A DNA stretch of 64,000 nucleotides from Candidatus Undinarchaeota archaeon (GTDB lineage Archaea > SpSt-1190 > JASMDC01): assembly GCA_964519305.1 (NCBI GenBank), contig CAZFHY010000001.1, forward strand, positions 186,132 through 250,131, given 5' to 3'. This document shows positions 35,478 to 47,600 of the stretch, one piece after another; the first letter of the stretch is position 1; each line of letters starts with the position of its first letter. Below the pieces are notes generated by a model. The model did not search any database and was not told the origin of the DNA. It was given only the letters and a program-made list of their open reading frames with translations. The position numbers and the translations under genes were made by a program.

Positions 35478-37247
35478 TTAAGCCTTTTCCCGCCGGGCGG
35501 GCAGGCCCAAGGCCGCAGCCAGTGCGTCGGGCTCGCTCATCTCCTTCAAGAGAGGGGTCAGTTCCTTGGCCTCGATGTACGGCCGACCCAGCACGATGCG
35601 AGCGGCCCAGCGCTTCCCTACCCCCGGAACGCTCGTTAGAAGGGACATGGGAACTGCATTAATGTCCAGCGGCCTGGGCACGACCGTGACAGATCGCTGG
35701 CGATGTGCAACGATCGTGGCATCCATAACATCGCCTCGCTGGAGCGGAGCGTGGAGGGCGGCCGTGATGGGGTAGGTCCCCGGCTGGCGAAGGAAGGTCG
35801 TATTCCCCTTGGCGATCTCGACCCGCAATCCCTTGAGCACGGTCCCCAGAGGGAGCACTCGCCGTAGCATGGGATTGTCCACCTCGTCCCTGATGCGCTG
35901 CCGGTAGGTCATGATGAGCGAATGATGGCGTCGTGCCAGTCGCGCGCCATCACGTGCGAGTCGTGTGCCCGAGTAGGGGACCACAACGCGAACATTGATG
36001 CGACGTACCAATAATCCCTCGTCCAGGAGCCCACGCAGGAACTCTAGATCGAGCGCATAGCTTTCGGACGTCTCGCCCAGGAGCCCGAACACGACATTGA
36101 TGCCTGGAAGGAACCGGGGCAGGCCGTTCTCTCCCCGCTCGGCTCCGTAACGGTTGATGAGACGGCAGGCAGCGAGCACCTCTTCGGGAGCCGCGTTCAG
36201 GTTGTTGGCCTTGACAACGGCCGGATCCGCGCTCTCCATGCCCAGAGCCGCTATGTTACCTGATGTGCAGTGTCGGACGAGCGCCTTGGTGACCGCTGTA
36301 GCCTCGTCCGGGTGGGTAGCGATGATTGCAGGATTGGCGTTGTCCACATGGAGCGTCACTAGATCGGGAGCGGCAGCCCGCACGGCGCGCAGTAGTCGCT
36401 CCACTGCAGTCGGATCGGGTCTGGGACGCTCAGTCTCCCCTACTCCTCGAGCCCCATGGGAGTAGATACAGGATTGTCGCCCGAGACGGAAGTGACGCGC
36501 TCCCCCGGCCGCTAGGGCGACAACTTCGGCCTGGACGTCCTTTGCCGACCGGAAGGATGGAAGACCCCACCTTTCCGGTTCGATACAGAACGAGCATCCT
36601 CCCGAAATAGCCCGGGGACAACCACGAGATGTCTCCAGCTCAACGGTGGCCTCAGCGCCCCATGGATGCTGAGAGAGGATGCAGGCACCCGCTCGTGCAT
36701 AGGCATCGAGCTCACTGTAGTCACGACGCCGGTCGGACGGGTCCTCGCCGGCGAGCAGATCGGCCACATAGCACTCGGCGTCACCGGTCGCTATGAGATC
36801 GTACTTCTCCGCCCAACGCCCGGGAGCAGTATATGCGCAAGGCCCGGCCGCTACAAGTGGCCCGTGCCGTGTAGCACATCGATCTATCATCTTCGCCGCC
36901 TCCTCGGGGCTACCTGGCTCCGCTGAAACGTACTTACCGGGAGTGCCTGTTCCGGTGATGACGACCACCAATCGCGCCTGCTCAAGGATACGGGACGCAT
37001 GTGTATGATTGGGCGTCGTGTTAAGGGTCCGCTTCTGATGCTCGTAGCCGCGACCTTTTCGGCTGGATGCAACGCGCAGGTCGTCGATGGTAAGGTATAC
37101 GGGCTGATGTCCATGGACACGGGCAGCACCTGCTACGTATCGCGCATGGGTCCCGAGGTAGGGCGGTACTCCGAGCCCGGCGGGCTCGTCGGTGTAGCAG
37201 TCAACGACCGCTACTGTTCCTCTTTGGTGGCTGATTCGAGCTTCCAT
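35478..37247 (-). CDS. radical SAM protein with C-terminal helix-hairpin-helix (COG1031-like)
   Basis: D.YTDEPAGLGVPPYL, ETSRGC.....GGCSFC.EP, FRLGRQ, LHVDNANP, RRINVR and DIN......L..VPGVG. Confidence 0.88.
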   Translation of the reverse strand: MEARISHQRGTVAVVDCYTDEPAGLGVPPYLGTHARYVAGAARVHGHQPVYLTIDDLRVASSRKGRGYEHQKRTLNTTPNHTHASRILEQARLVVVITGTGTPGKYVSAEPGSPEEAAKMIDRCATRHGPLVAAGPCAYTAPGRWAEKYDLIATGDAECYVADLLAGEDPSDRRRDYSELDAYARAGACILSQHPWGAEATVELETSRGCPRAISGGCSFCIEPERWGLPSFRSAKDVQAEVVALAAGGARHFRLGRQSCIYSHGARGVGETERPRPDPTAVERLLRAVRAAAPDLVTLHVDNANPAIIATHPDEATAVTKALVRHCTSGNIAALGMESADPAVVKANNLNAAPEEVLAACRLINRYGAERGENGLPRFLPGINVVFGLLGETSESYALDLEFLRGLLDEGLLVRRINVRVVVPYSGTRLARDGARLARRHHSLIMTYRQRIRDEVDNPMLRRVLPLGTVLKGLRVEIAKGNTTFLRQPGTYPITAALHAPLQRGDVMDATIVAHRQRSVTVVPRPLDINAVPMSLLTSVPGVGKRWAARIVLGRPYIEAKELTPLLKEMSEPDALAAALGLPARREKA

Positions 37248-37636
37248 TCCGCTATTTCCAGCATGGCGATGGCATCCGCGATTGTCTTTATCGCAAGGTC
37301 CACCTCACGTGCGGCGCGGAAAGTGTCCTTGAGTGTGATGTCCCGCACGCAGGTATGGATGTGATCGAGCGCCTTGTTCACATCATCACCACAGTCAGGA
37401 TCATGCTTGAAGTGGACGAGCCTCTCGGCCTGATCCTGCAGAATGGTGATGAGGTCCACCAAGCGCTTCTCGTTCATGGTCCGCACGGTCGTGGCGCGGA
37501 TCTTGCGCTTCACCTCGAGGAGTGTCCTGAGGACCTCACGGAGCGTTGGTAGATATGAGAGCTTCTCCGCCTCCACCTTGTGGCCGACGTTGATACGTCT
37601 GACGAGGTTCCTGGCCCGGAGCTTACTCTTCACCAC
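37211..37636 (-). CDS. hypothetical helical protein
   Basis: Open frame with a TATA-like TTTATAT ~25 nt upstream. Overlaps the start of the radical SAM gene. Confidence 0.65.
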   Translation of the reverse strand: MVKSKLRARNLVRRINVGHKVEAEKLSYLPTLREVLRTLLEVKRKIRATTVRTMNEKRLVDLITILQDQAERLVHFKHDPDCGDDVNKALDHIHTCVRDITLKDTFRAAREVDLAIKTIADAIAMLEIAEWKLESATKEEQ

Positions 37637-37724
37637 GACTGACTGGGAGCTGTGAACGCATATAAAACCTACGCCGGCGGTCGAGTGGTTAAAGGCCCGG
37701 ACCAGTGGGTACTGAAGTAAGCCA

Positions 37725-37851
37725 TTGGGTAATGTAACAAATGGGCCGTAGTCTAGCGTTCAACCGGACATATAATTGTTTTTCTTTAAATATTACCCAA
37801 AATTCAATTGGGTAAAGTATTAATACCCAAAACGTACTATAGTTATTGGGG
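37725..37851. promoter_or_regulatory. AT-rich promoter with TTGGGTA/TACCCAA operator boxes
   Basis: TTGGGTAA 37725-37732, TTACCCAA 37793-37800, TTGGGTAA 37808-37815, TACCCAA 37824-37830, TTGGGG 37846-37851. Confidence 0.65.
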
Positions 37852-37858
37852 CAGACTG

Positions 37859-38098
37859 ATGGCTATCGCAACTTTCCATCATAGCAAACTCTACATCCCA
37901 CGCAATATCAGGGAGAAGCTCGGATTGCGCGACGGGATGAAGATAGAGGTGACCGTGACCGGCGAGGCCTCCTTCACGGCGGTCGTCGTACGGGACACAA
38001 CCCCTGAACGGTCCTACATCGAGGGGGTGCTGAAGGCGCCCCTCTCCTCAAGACCGAAAGGGGGTTTCAAGCGAGGTGAGCTCTATGGACCCGAGTAG
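37859..38098 (+). CDS. vapB: AbrB/MazE-type antitoxin (VapB-like)
   Basis: LYIPRNIREKLGLRDGMKIEV swapped-hairpin motif, directly upstream of a PIN gene. Confidence 0.8.
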   Translation: MAIATFHHSKLYIPRNIREKLGLRDGMKIEVTVTGEASFTAVVVRDTTPERSYIEGVLKAPLSSRPKGGFKRGELYGPE

Positions 38099-38669
38099 CA
38101 TCCGCGTGAACGGCGTAGCCGTGAACAAGTGCGAGTTCGCCGACAAGAAGGTGCTCATCGATACGGGCATCTGGGTCTACTCAGAGATGGCCGACACGCC
38201 CCACTACAACAAGAGCCTGGCCATCACGATCTCTGTGCTCCAAGGCCTTATCAACGGCTATGTGTCCACCCAGAGCCTTGCTGAGTTCTACGCTGCGCTC
38301 ACCGATCCCCGCTTCATGGAGGTCGCTGCCCCAACGGACGCTGTGTACGAGCGCATCGAGTCCCTCTGGAAGAGCCGAACGCTAACCCTCGTCGCCCCGT
38401 CGCAGATGACGATCATGAAGGCGCTCTACATCGCCAAGGAGAAGGGGCTGACCGGATCGGCCATCCAGGACTGCATCCTTGCAGTGACCGCTCGAGAGAA
38501 CAACATCGACGTGATCTGGACGACAGAGCCCGAGCGGTTCAACGTACTGGGGATAATCCCCGCGCAGAACCCCCTGGACTGGGATTGGGTATTCCCAAGG
38601 GATATGTTCATCTCAGAGCTCTTCGAGCGGAAATCCGAGCTTCTGGCGCGTGTCGGGAGGGAGGGATGA
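38085..38669 (+). CDS. vapC: PIN-domain ribonuclease toxin (VapC-like)
   Basis: VLIDTGIWVY, S.Q.LAEFY..LT, I.DC.LA.TA. ATG follows a GAGGTGA RBS. Confidence 0.85.
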   Translation: MDPSSIRVNGVAVNKCEFADKKVLIDTGIWVYSEMADTPHYNKSLAITISVLQGLINGYVSTQSLAEFYAALTDPRFMEVAAPTDAVYERIESLWKSRTLTLVAPSQMTIMKALYIAKEKGLTGSAIQDCILAVTARENNIDVIWTTEPERFNVLGIIPAQNPLDWDWVFPRDMFISELFERKSELLARVGREG

Positions 38670-41600
38670 TCATGGTGGACCGAAACACCCTCGGCACCAT
38701 CCTCGTCCTCGGCCTCATGCTCTGCCTCGTCGGAGCTGAGGAGTTGGACCTTGAACAGGCGTCCGTGAACGACAGGACAGGTCTGACAAAGAACAACGAT
38801 GTTGCCCAGACCTTCATACCGACCATCACGGGTAACGTCACCAAGGTGTACATCAAGGCAGCAAAGAACAGCGCTCTCACGGCGGAGGACATGACTGTGC
38901 AGATCAGGTCCGTCGATGCAGAGACCCATAAGCCGACGAGCACGATCCTCGCAACGGCGACGATATCTGCGTCCTCCATCCCATCAAACAGTCTGGTGAG
39001 CGGGGAGTGCCCGGCGAACGCCGACTGGGTGCTGGCGGACTTCTCCTCTTCTACCTACGAGCTCACGGGGGATGTGGAGTATGCACTCGTTATCTATCGC
39101 AGCTCCCGGGGCGACACCAGCACCGAATACATGATCTGTAAATCGGGCGCCAATCCTTACTCCGACGGGTCCATCTACAACGCTGCTGCGGCCGCGTGGA
39201 CATGGAGCGCGGCCTCGAGCGACGATCTCGGTTTCAAGCTCTACCTCGAGAAGACCCGGGAGAACATCGTCGCCGCGAGTCAGACCACCGCTGACGCCAC
39301 CGTCGCTGTATACGGGGACAACTGGTTCTCTCAGATATTCCGAATGGACGAGACTGCCGATCTTTCCAGGATGAGCTTCCATGTGAAGAAAGCCGGCACT
39401 CCGGCCGGCAATCTCATGTTCGAGATCCAGAGCGTGACCGCCGGTAAGCCCAGCGGGACCTTCATCGCCGCAGGCCTCCCTGTCCTCGAGGGCGATGTCA
39501 GCACCACCAGCGATTGGGAAGTCTCCCGGCTGGGCGTGACCGAGAAGGATCCCCTTGCGACATCCTCGACACCACCGGCCGGAGCAGGTGGTAAGAACGT
39601 GCTCACGGACATGAAGTGGGCCCAAGCGTTCAAGCCAGGTCGCACAGGTAACCTTACCAAGGTGATGCTCACGGTCACCCACCGTGCGACCCACTGCGAC
39701 TATGACCTGACCGTAGAGATCTGGGACGCCGACACCGATGGCATGCCGACTGGTGGGAGCGCCCTGGCCACGACGGTCGTGAGCGAGGCGGACGTCCCTG
39801 ATTACTCCGAGAGCAGTTTCACAGAGGTGGAGGTCGTCTTCGATTCACCGGCTGTGGTCCGCGGTGGTCATATGTACGCGCTCGTGCTACATGCGGATAG
39901 CTGCGACGTCTCCCATTATTACCGATGGCACTCGGGATGCGGTTCTTCTACAAGCTCTTGTTATTCTCGTGGTTCCAAGTCCGTGAACACGGGCAGTGGT
40001 TGGACACAGGACGGGAACAAGGACAATGAGAACCCCCACTTCGCGGTCTACATCGGTAACAACCTCACCGAGCTCTCCACGGGCGTCGACTATGCGCTGG
40101 TGGCCTATTCCCCCTTGTCCGCTGATGCTAGTAATGGATTCCTCATCTCCAATGCGAACTCGAACGCGTATTCCGACGGCACCTATGTATCCAGCACTGA
40201 CGGCGGTTCTGCTTGGACCATAGATTCTGCCAAGGACATGACCTTCCGCATCTACCGCCAGTTCCTCCTCGTGCCCCAGGACGACACCCTACAGGGCGAG
40301 CTTCCCACCGCCCTGGAGGGGGGTTCCAGCTCCAACGATGCCGTGTGTATCTTTAGCTCTGCAGCCGGGTCCCCGTGCGCCACGGGAGAGACCAGTAAAT
40401 GTCATGCTGATGCTATCGGGTACGTCACCGAGCCATCGGACAACGGTTCGGGCGTTGACTATACCGTCACCATCGACGAGAGCTCCAATGAGATCTACCA
40501 TGTCTACTACTGCGACGGCGGTACCGAAGTGCTCCACATAATCGAGACCCACACCGCCAAAGAGGCGAACACGATCACCGTCAACGTGGCGGCCGTGAAG
40601 GGTGAAGCACACAGCGAACTGGAGACGGCCGGTGCCGTGGACGTGTTCGAGGAGCTTGCAGCGACGAGCCAGGTGGACACCGCGACCCAGAGCATCACGG
40701 ACAGCGGAGGTGACGATTACACGGTCTACTTCCGCTCCAACGTCACCGACGGTAAGTACTACCTGCGCACCAAGTCCACTGTCTCTACCAAGGACTATTA
40801 CGGCTATGTGCTCTTCTCGGCGAGCAACGGTACCACGGTCACCGTCGACCTCGACATCCTGGCCTATGGTCAGGTCCCCACCGCCATGGCGTCCGGTTCG
40901 GTGTGGATGGACGACGAGGCTGACGAGACGGACGACACGCTCTACCGCGGTGCCATCACGAACACCGGCAGCGGCTACAAGTACCGCTTCTATCATGACG
41001 GCACGACACCCATGTACCTCAAGGCCGACACGGACGCCACCCATGCGTCACCGGTCCTCGAAGAGTCGGAGACGGTGAGCTCGGACACGGAATGGAACGT
41101 GGCCGTGCTCACGGGGAACGTCCCCAGCTCCCTCGCGGGCGACACCATAGAGGTCCATCCCGGGACCGGCGACTCCTGTGCGGGCGGTACCATCCACAAC
41201 TCCGCCACGGTCGCGAGCGGTGAGAACTACGCCACGTACTCGGTCTACCTGACACCGGATGCATCTGCCCGGTACCTCTACGCCTGTGAGAGCAGCACAA
41301 AGGTCTACTATGGGAGCGCGACCATCGACGACGCCGGAGAGAGCGTGAGCTTCAACATACAGGGTATCCACGGTGACATGCATAACGACCTTGCCACGAC
41401 GTCCAACTACGTCGTCGCGTGCAGCGACCTGGGCGGTTCGGCCCTCAACACCGTGAACACCAACGGCCAGACATACGACGGTGGCAGCACCTACGTGTAC
41501 TTCCAGTCCACCGGTACGCCCGATCTCGTCATCTCCTCAGCGTCCGGCGACTGTACCCAGACGAACGTGGTCGCCGCCATCCTGGACGTGACGCTGGACA

Positions 41601-44600
41601 CCACCGACTATGTCAACGAGCTCCAGCCCAACGTCAAGTATGCAGGCGACCTGATCGGCGACCTCGGGGGGGGCACTGTGCTGGTGACGGCCACTGAGAA
41701 CTCGGGCGTTGGATGTGGTATGACACCCTGGATTGCCAAGAACACGGTCGATAACGTCTACGAGGACACCGAGGATTACCGCGTGTACGTCCAGTCCGGC
41801 ACCTCGGTGTACATCTCCTTCTGTAAGTCATCGGGTTCTCCATCGAAGCTCTACATGACCACCAAGTCGCCTTCAGCTGGGGGGGACGTCAACATGGAGG
41901 TGGGCGAGGTGTCCGGTGACCTCCACGCAGACCTCGACTCTGCCTCGCTGAACGTTGTCGTGTGCGACGATGTCGGCGGGAACCTGGTATCTTCCTACTC
42001 GCGTACCGCTGCGGATTATGACGACACATTGTCACAGTACTTCGAGACCACCGCTACCTCCACACCGGACTTCATCGTCACGAGCGGTACGGACTGCAGT
42101 GCATCCAATATCCGTGCGGTGAAGCGCAACGCCGCCGTGGAGGCCGACCTGACGCATACCTTTACGGTTGCCACGAAGGTGTACGGCGATGTCCCCAGCA
42201 CACTGGCAAGCGGGAAGTTCCTGGCATTCACGTCCACAGGCAAGGGATGTACGGACACGACCGATCTCGCGGCGAGCAACACGACTGTGTCAGACACTTC
42301 CGTGGACAATGACGTGAGCGTCCACCTCACGGCTAGTAGCACGTATTACCTCGTATGGTGCACCAGTGGGAACACCAAGGTCCTTGAGTACCAGATCACA
42401 CCGTCCAGCGACACCGCTGTGGACGCTGCCAACTTCGGCGGTGACGCGCACGCGGACCTTGCCACGAGTAGCTATCATGGTGTAGCTTGTACTGACATCG
42501 GCGGCACTGCCCTTAGCACTGAGGACGTCACAGGAAGCCAGTACGACGGCGGTTCCAAGGTGTACTATGCTGACACGGGCGGCACACCCGACCTCATCAT
42601 CTCCACGTCCGCGGGCTCTTGTGCCGCGGCCAACCTCGTGGCCGCCAGCCTGGACGTATCCGCTCCTGCGAGCTTCGCCTCGACGTTCAATCCCGATACG
42701 AAGATATACGGCGAGGTGCCCGCCGCCCTTGCGAGCAAGACGGTCAAGGTGTACGCTTCCAACCTCGATTGCTCCTCGGCCGCCACGGTCGCCCGGGGGA
42801 CGCTGCCTGCAGACCCTGTGGGCGGTAGCAACGATGCTGCTGTGTACGTGCAATCAGGCGGCACCACTTACTACGTCAACTACTGTGACGGGACCACCAC
42901 GCTCCTGGAGCGCACGGAGCAGCACGGGAGCTCAGGTGCGTACACCCTCCATGTGGGTCAGATCACGGGTAATCTGCATGACTCGCTCACCGATGGGGAC
43001 TACGTTGTTGCATGCAGCGACATCGGCGGTAGTGCTCTGAACAGCGAGTCCGTGACAGTGAGCACTTATGATACATCGGGTGCACAGTATTACGAGGCCA
43101 CGGGAACGCCTGACTTCCTCATCTCTTCGGGTGGTGCCACCGACTGCACCGAGGCGAACATGGTCACGTCGGTCCATGACGTCACCATCGACACCAGTGA
43201 TTATCTGAACGGGTTCCATCCCGACATCAAGATCAGCGGGGACGTGCCCTCGACGCTCGGGAGCGGCTACATCAAGGCCTTCACTGGTGAGCCCTACACG
43301 TGCGGTGCCAGCGGCTACTGGGGCAAGGGCTCCATCGCCGCCAGCGTGGCAGGCTCGGGCGATTATACTCTTTATCTGGAGAGCGGTCGCTCCTACTACT
43401 TCACGGTATGCACCAGCAGCAACGCCTACACACTACGTCGACAGAAGGACCTATCCTCGGTGGCAGATGTGGACTTCGACGTGGGTATCTTCTCGGCGAC
43501 CCTCCATTCCGACATAGCTAACTCGACATACCACATCACCATGTGCGATAACGTGGCCGGTTCAGCCCTTAGCTCGAAGGACGTGGACGGGGGAGCCATA
43601 AACACATCCCCTGTATACTACGACGCCACTCCTGCCATCGCCGGGACACCGGACCTCGTCGTGGGCAGTTCTGCAGCGAGCTGTGCAGCGACCAACGTCG
43701 TAGCCGCCGCGATCGACAACACCATCGACACCAGCGACTACGCTAACTCCGTGACCATCCAGGCCAAGTTCTCAGGCGAGGTCCCTGCATCGATGGCCAG
43801 CAAGACCATCCAAGTGTTCACATCCACCCAGGACTGCGGTGCCACCAACGACCTGGTGACCTACGACACGCTCCATTCCAATCCGACCGGTATCTCCAAC
43901 GACATGATGCTCTACCTGCAGAACGGCACGAGCAAGAACTACCATGTGGCCTTCTGCGACAGCACCACAAAGCTCTACTATCGTGCCGCCAACGATCCGA
44001 GCGGTGACGCCACTTTCAGCATCGCAGAGTTCACGGGGACCGCACATGCTGACCTCGCCAACGCCAGCTACTATGTTGTGGCATGCGGCGGCATCGGTGG
44101 GTCCGCCCTATCCACAAGGGCCGTGACCGGCACGCAGTACAATGCGGGCACACGTGTGTATTTCGAGAACGTAGCGACACCAGAGGTCATCATATCGACA
44201 TCATCCCAATCCTGTGCCGCTACGAACCTCAAGGCCGCAAAGCTCGATGTCACTATCCCCGCCTCGCTCTCCGCATCATTCTCCCCTGGTATGAAGCTCC
44301 ACGGCGAGGTACCGGGCACCTTGGCCGGAAAGACCGTCAAGGTGTTCACCTCTGACCTTGGGTGCACTGGGACCGCGCTGGTCGCCCAGCACACCCTCCA
44401 CAGCGCGCCCCTGGGGATCACGAACGATACCGTGCTATATGTGGAACAGGGTGGGACGACCTACTACATCGCCTTCTGCGACGGTACGACCAACCTTCTC
44501 AAACGCACCCGCTCAGAAGGCTCTGCAGGCCATGCAGCCCTCAATGTGGCGAAGGTCACCGGGAGTCTTCATGCCGACCTTGCTGCTGCTGCGTACAAGG

Positions 44601-47600
44601 TCGTTGCGTGCTCTGACGTGGGCGGCTCGCTCCTCAGCTCGGAGACCGTGTCCACGAGCACGTTCAATGGTGGCGGTACCCTCTACTTCGAATCGTCATC
44701 GGGGACACCCGACGTGGTCATCACCAGCGGCACGGACTGTACCGCATCCAACCTCGTAGCGGCCAGCCTCGATACCACGCCATCGTCCTCGGACTATGCT
44801 ATAACCTTCTCGCCCACGGCAAAGATACACGGTGAAGTGCCCGCATCCATTGCCGAGAAGACCGTGCGCGTGTTCACGTCCGACGTGGGCTGCTCGTCCG
44901 ATGCCACGAAGGCCCGCCAGACCCTCCCCGCATCCGTCTCGGGAAGTGACGACCTCAAAGTGTACGTGCCCCAAGGCCCCACTTACTATATCACTCTCTG
45001 TGACGGGTCCACAAAACGTCTGGTCCGTACCAAGGCGGTATCGTCAGCGGACGTGACGTTCAGCGTGGGCGGTGTCCATACCAGCACAACGGGTAAGGTC
45101 CACACCGACCTCGAGGACAGCTCCCACTACATCGTCGCGTGCGACGCCATCAGCGGGAACCTGCTCTCCAGCGAATCGGTCACCGGCACGTCCTACGAGG
45201 GTGGGACGGCCTACCAGTACTACGAGGTCTCGTCGGACGACTCCTCTGTCGTGCTCGCCGTCTCCTCGTCCGCCTCATCCTGTGTTACAACGGGCCTTTC
45301 CGCCGCCAGGACAGAGAGCGACATGGACCGTGGCGAGGAGGTCACCTTCGATCCAGAGGCCAAGGGCTCGGGTGACATCCCCAACGATGATCCTACGGTA
45401 CGCGTGTTCCTCACCGATCCCGGGTCCGGTGCGTGCGACACGTCAGGCCAGCTCTACGCTTCAGCTGACACCTCCACCGACTCCTCCCAGAGCGATGCGG
45501 ATTATGCTGTGTACGGACAGAATGGTGTCACCTACTATTTGGTATTCTGCAACGGCACGTCACGCGCACTGGAAACGTCCACGGCCAACATCGGGACCGC
45601 TGACATCGACGTAGGTCGGCTCCAGGGCGAGGTGCATGCGGACCTGCGTTCAGGAGATGATGTGGTCTCGATCCACTCGGCCAACGACTGCTCGAGCATG
45701 GTCAGCTCTGAGACGGTCAATCCGACCGCAGCTACACCGGACTACCGGATCTGGTTCGAGGACACAACGGGCGGGACCTACTACATCCGGACCGTTGTTG
45801 ACAGCACTTACACCCAGTGCGGCCACGCGTTCACGTTGACATCACAGGCCAAGGTCCAGAACATGGAGGGCAAGATATCCGGGATCGTGCCGTCCAGTGT
45901 CCTGCGTATGGGTCTCGATTACGATAGTAACGGTGACGACGCCTGGACCACGTCCTTCTCCTCTAGCGCCTACAGGCTCTTCGGCGATAGTGCCGACACG
46001 TCGGTGCTCGCGCATGCCTATGAGGACACTGGCGGTTCCACGGAGGTCCTGGAACGCACACGCAACATCAACACTGGTGATAAGACGCTCGATGTGGCCA
46101 AGGTCACCGCGGGCGAAGCACTTCACGACGATCTGGACGACGCCGATGATCACCTTGTTGTATGCACCCTCCCGGGGGGATCGGTGCTCGCCAGCGAGGA
46201 CATAACCGGTACCTCCTATGAAGGTGGTAACACCCTCTACTTCGACGCTACGAGCCAGACAACGGTCTACTTCGGCAGCTCCTCGGCATCACTTGACTGC
46301 ACCGGGTCCACCCTCCTCACGTCTACGAAGCAGACCAGCGTTTCCGCGGGTGGTCATTACCGATACATCCCGAAGTACAAGCTCACCGGCGACGTACCGA
46401 CGGGGGTCGACCGCGCGCTCCTTTTCTCTGCGGCCGGTAAAGGTTGCACGGATGTGGACGGCGACCTTGCCGGTTATGACGGGAACCTGGCTGCAGGACA
46501 GAGCGACAATGACTACGACCTCTATGTTAACAAGACAGACGGCTCCACCTTCAGACTGGTGTTCTGCAATGGTGCTTCGAGCCTGCTCCAGAGCGCAGCC
46601 CAAAGCTCCATTAGCGCCGCAGTGGACATTGACGTTGCCCGTGTCGCTTCCGGTGGTGCATCCAAGGTCCATGATGACCTGAACTCCCTGTTCATCGTAG
46701 CGTGCACGGCCCCCGACGGCACCGTGCTAACCAGCGAGTCGGTCACGGGTACGAGCTTCGAGGGAGGGAGCACCTACCAGTACTTCGAGGTAACCCAGTC
46801 GACCGCGTACTTCGCTGTATCCGGCTCTGCCTCGTCATGCTCTGCGGCCGGCCTCTCTGCAGCTATCAAGCTCAGTGTCGCTGGCGGTTCCGATTACACA
46901 TTTTCGCCCGAGGCAAAAGGTGCGGGTGACATCCCTAACGGTGATCCGTCCGTCCGCATGTTCGTCGACGATCCGGGGACAGATGCCTGCGGAGGCAGCC
47001 AGATCTACGTATCCTCGGACTCCTCGACCGACGCATCCCAGTCCAACGCCGACTACGCCGTGTATGGACAGAACGGGGTCACTTACTACGTCGTGTTCTG
47101 CAACGGCACGACAAAAGCTCTTGAGACGACCACCACCGGGATAGGTACGGCGGATATCGACGTGGGCCGGTTGCACGGCGAGGTGCACGCAGACCTTCGC
47201 ACGGGTAGCAATGATATCATCGAGGTTCATGACGCCGGCGCCTGCAGTTCCGCGGTGAGCTCGGAGACAGTGAACCCAGTCGCAGGCACTCCGGACTACT
47301 ACATTTGGTTCGAGGACACGGGAAGCACATTCTATGTCCGTACGTCCGTGGACTCGGGCCAGTACGTCCAGTGCGGCCACGCCTTCACGCTCACTTCCCA
47401 GGCGTCCACTCAGGACCTAGAGACGCGTGTAGCCGGAACCATGCCCTCAGGTGTCCTGCGCGTGGGGCTTGACTATGACTCCAACGGCGACGACACCTAC
47501 TCGACCACCTTCCAGTCCAGCGCGTTCAAGCTCTTCGGTGATAACGCGGACAGCGCCGTCCTCGTCCATGCCTATGAGGACACCGGCGGCTCCACCGAAG

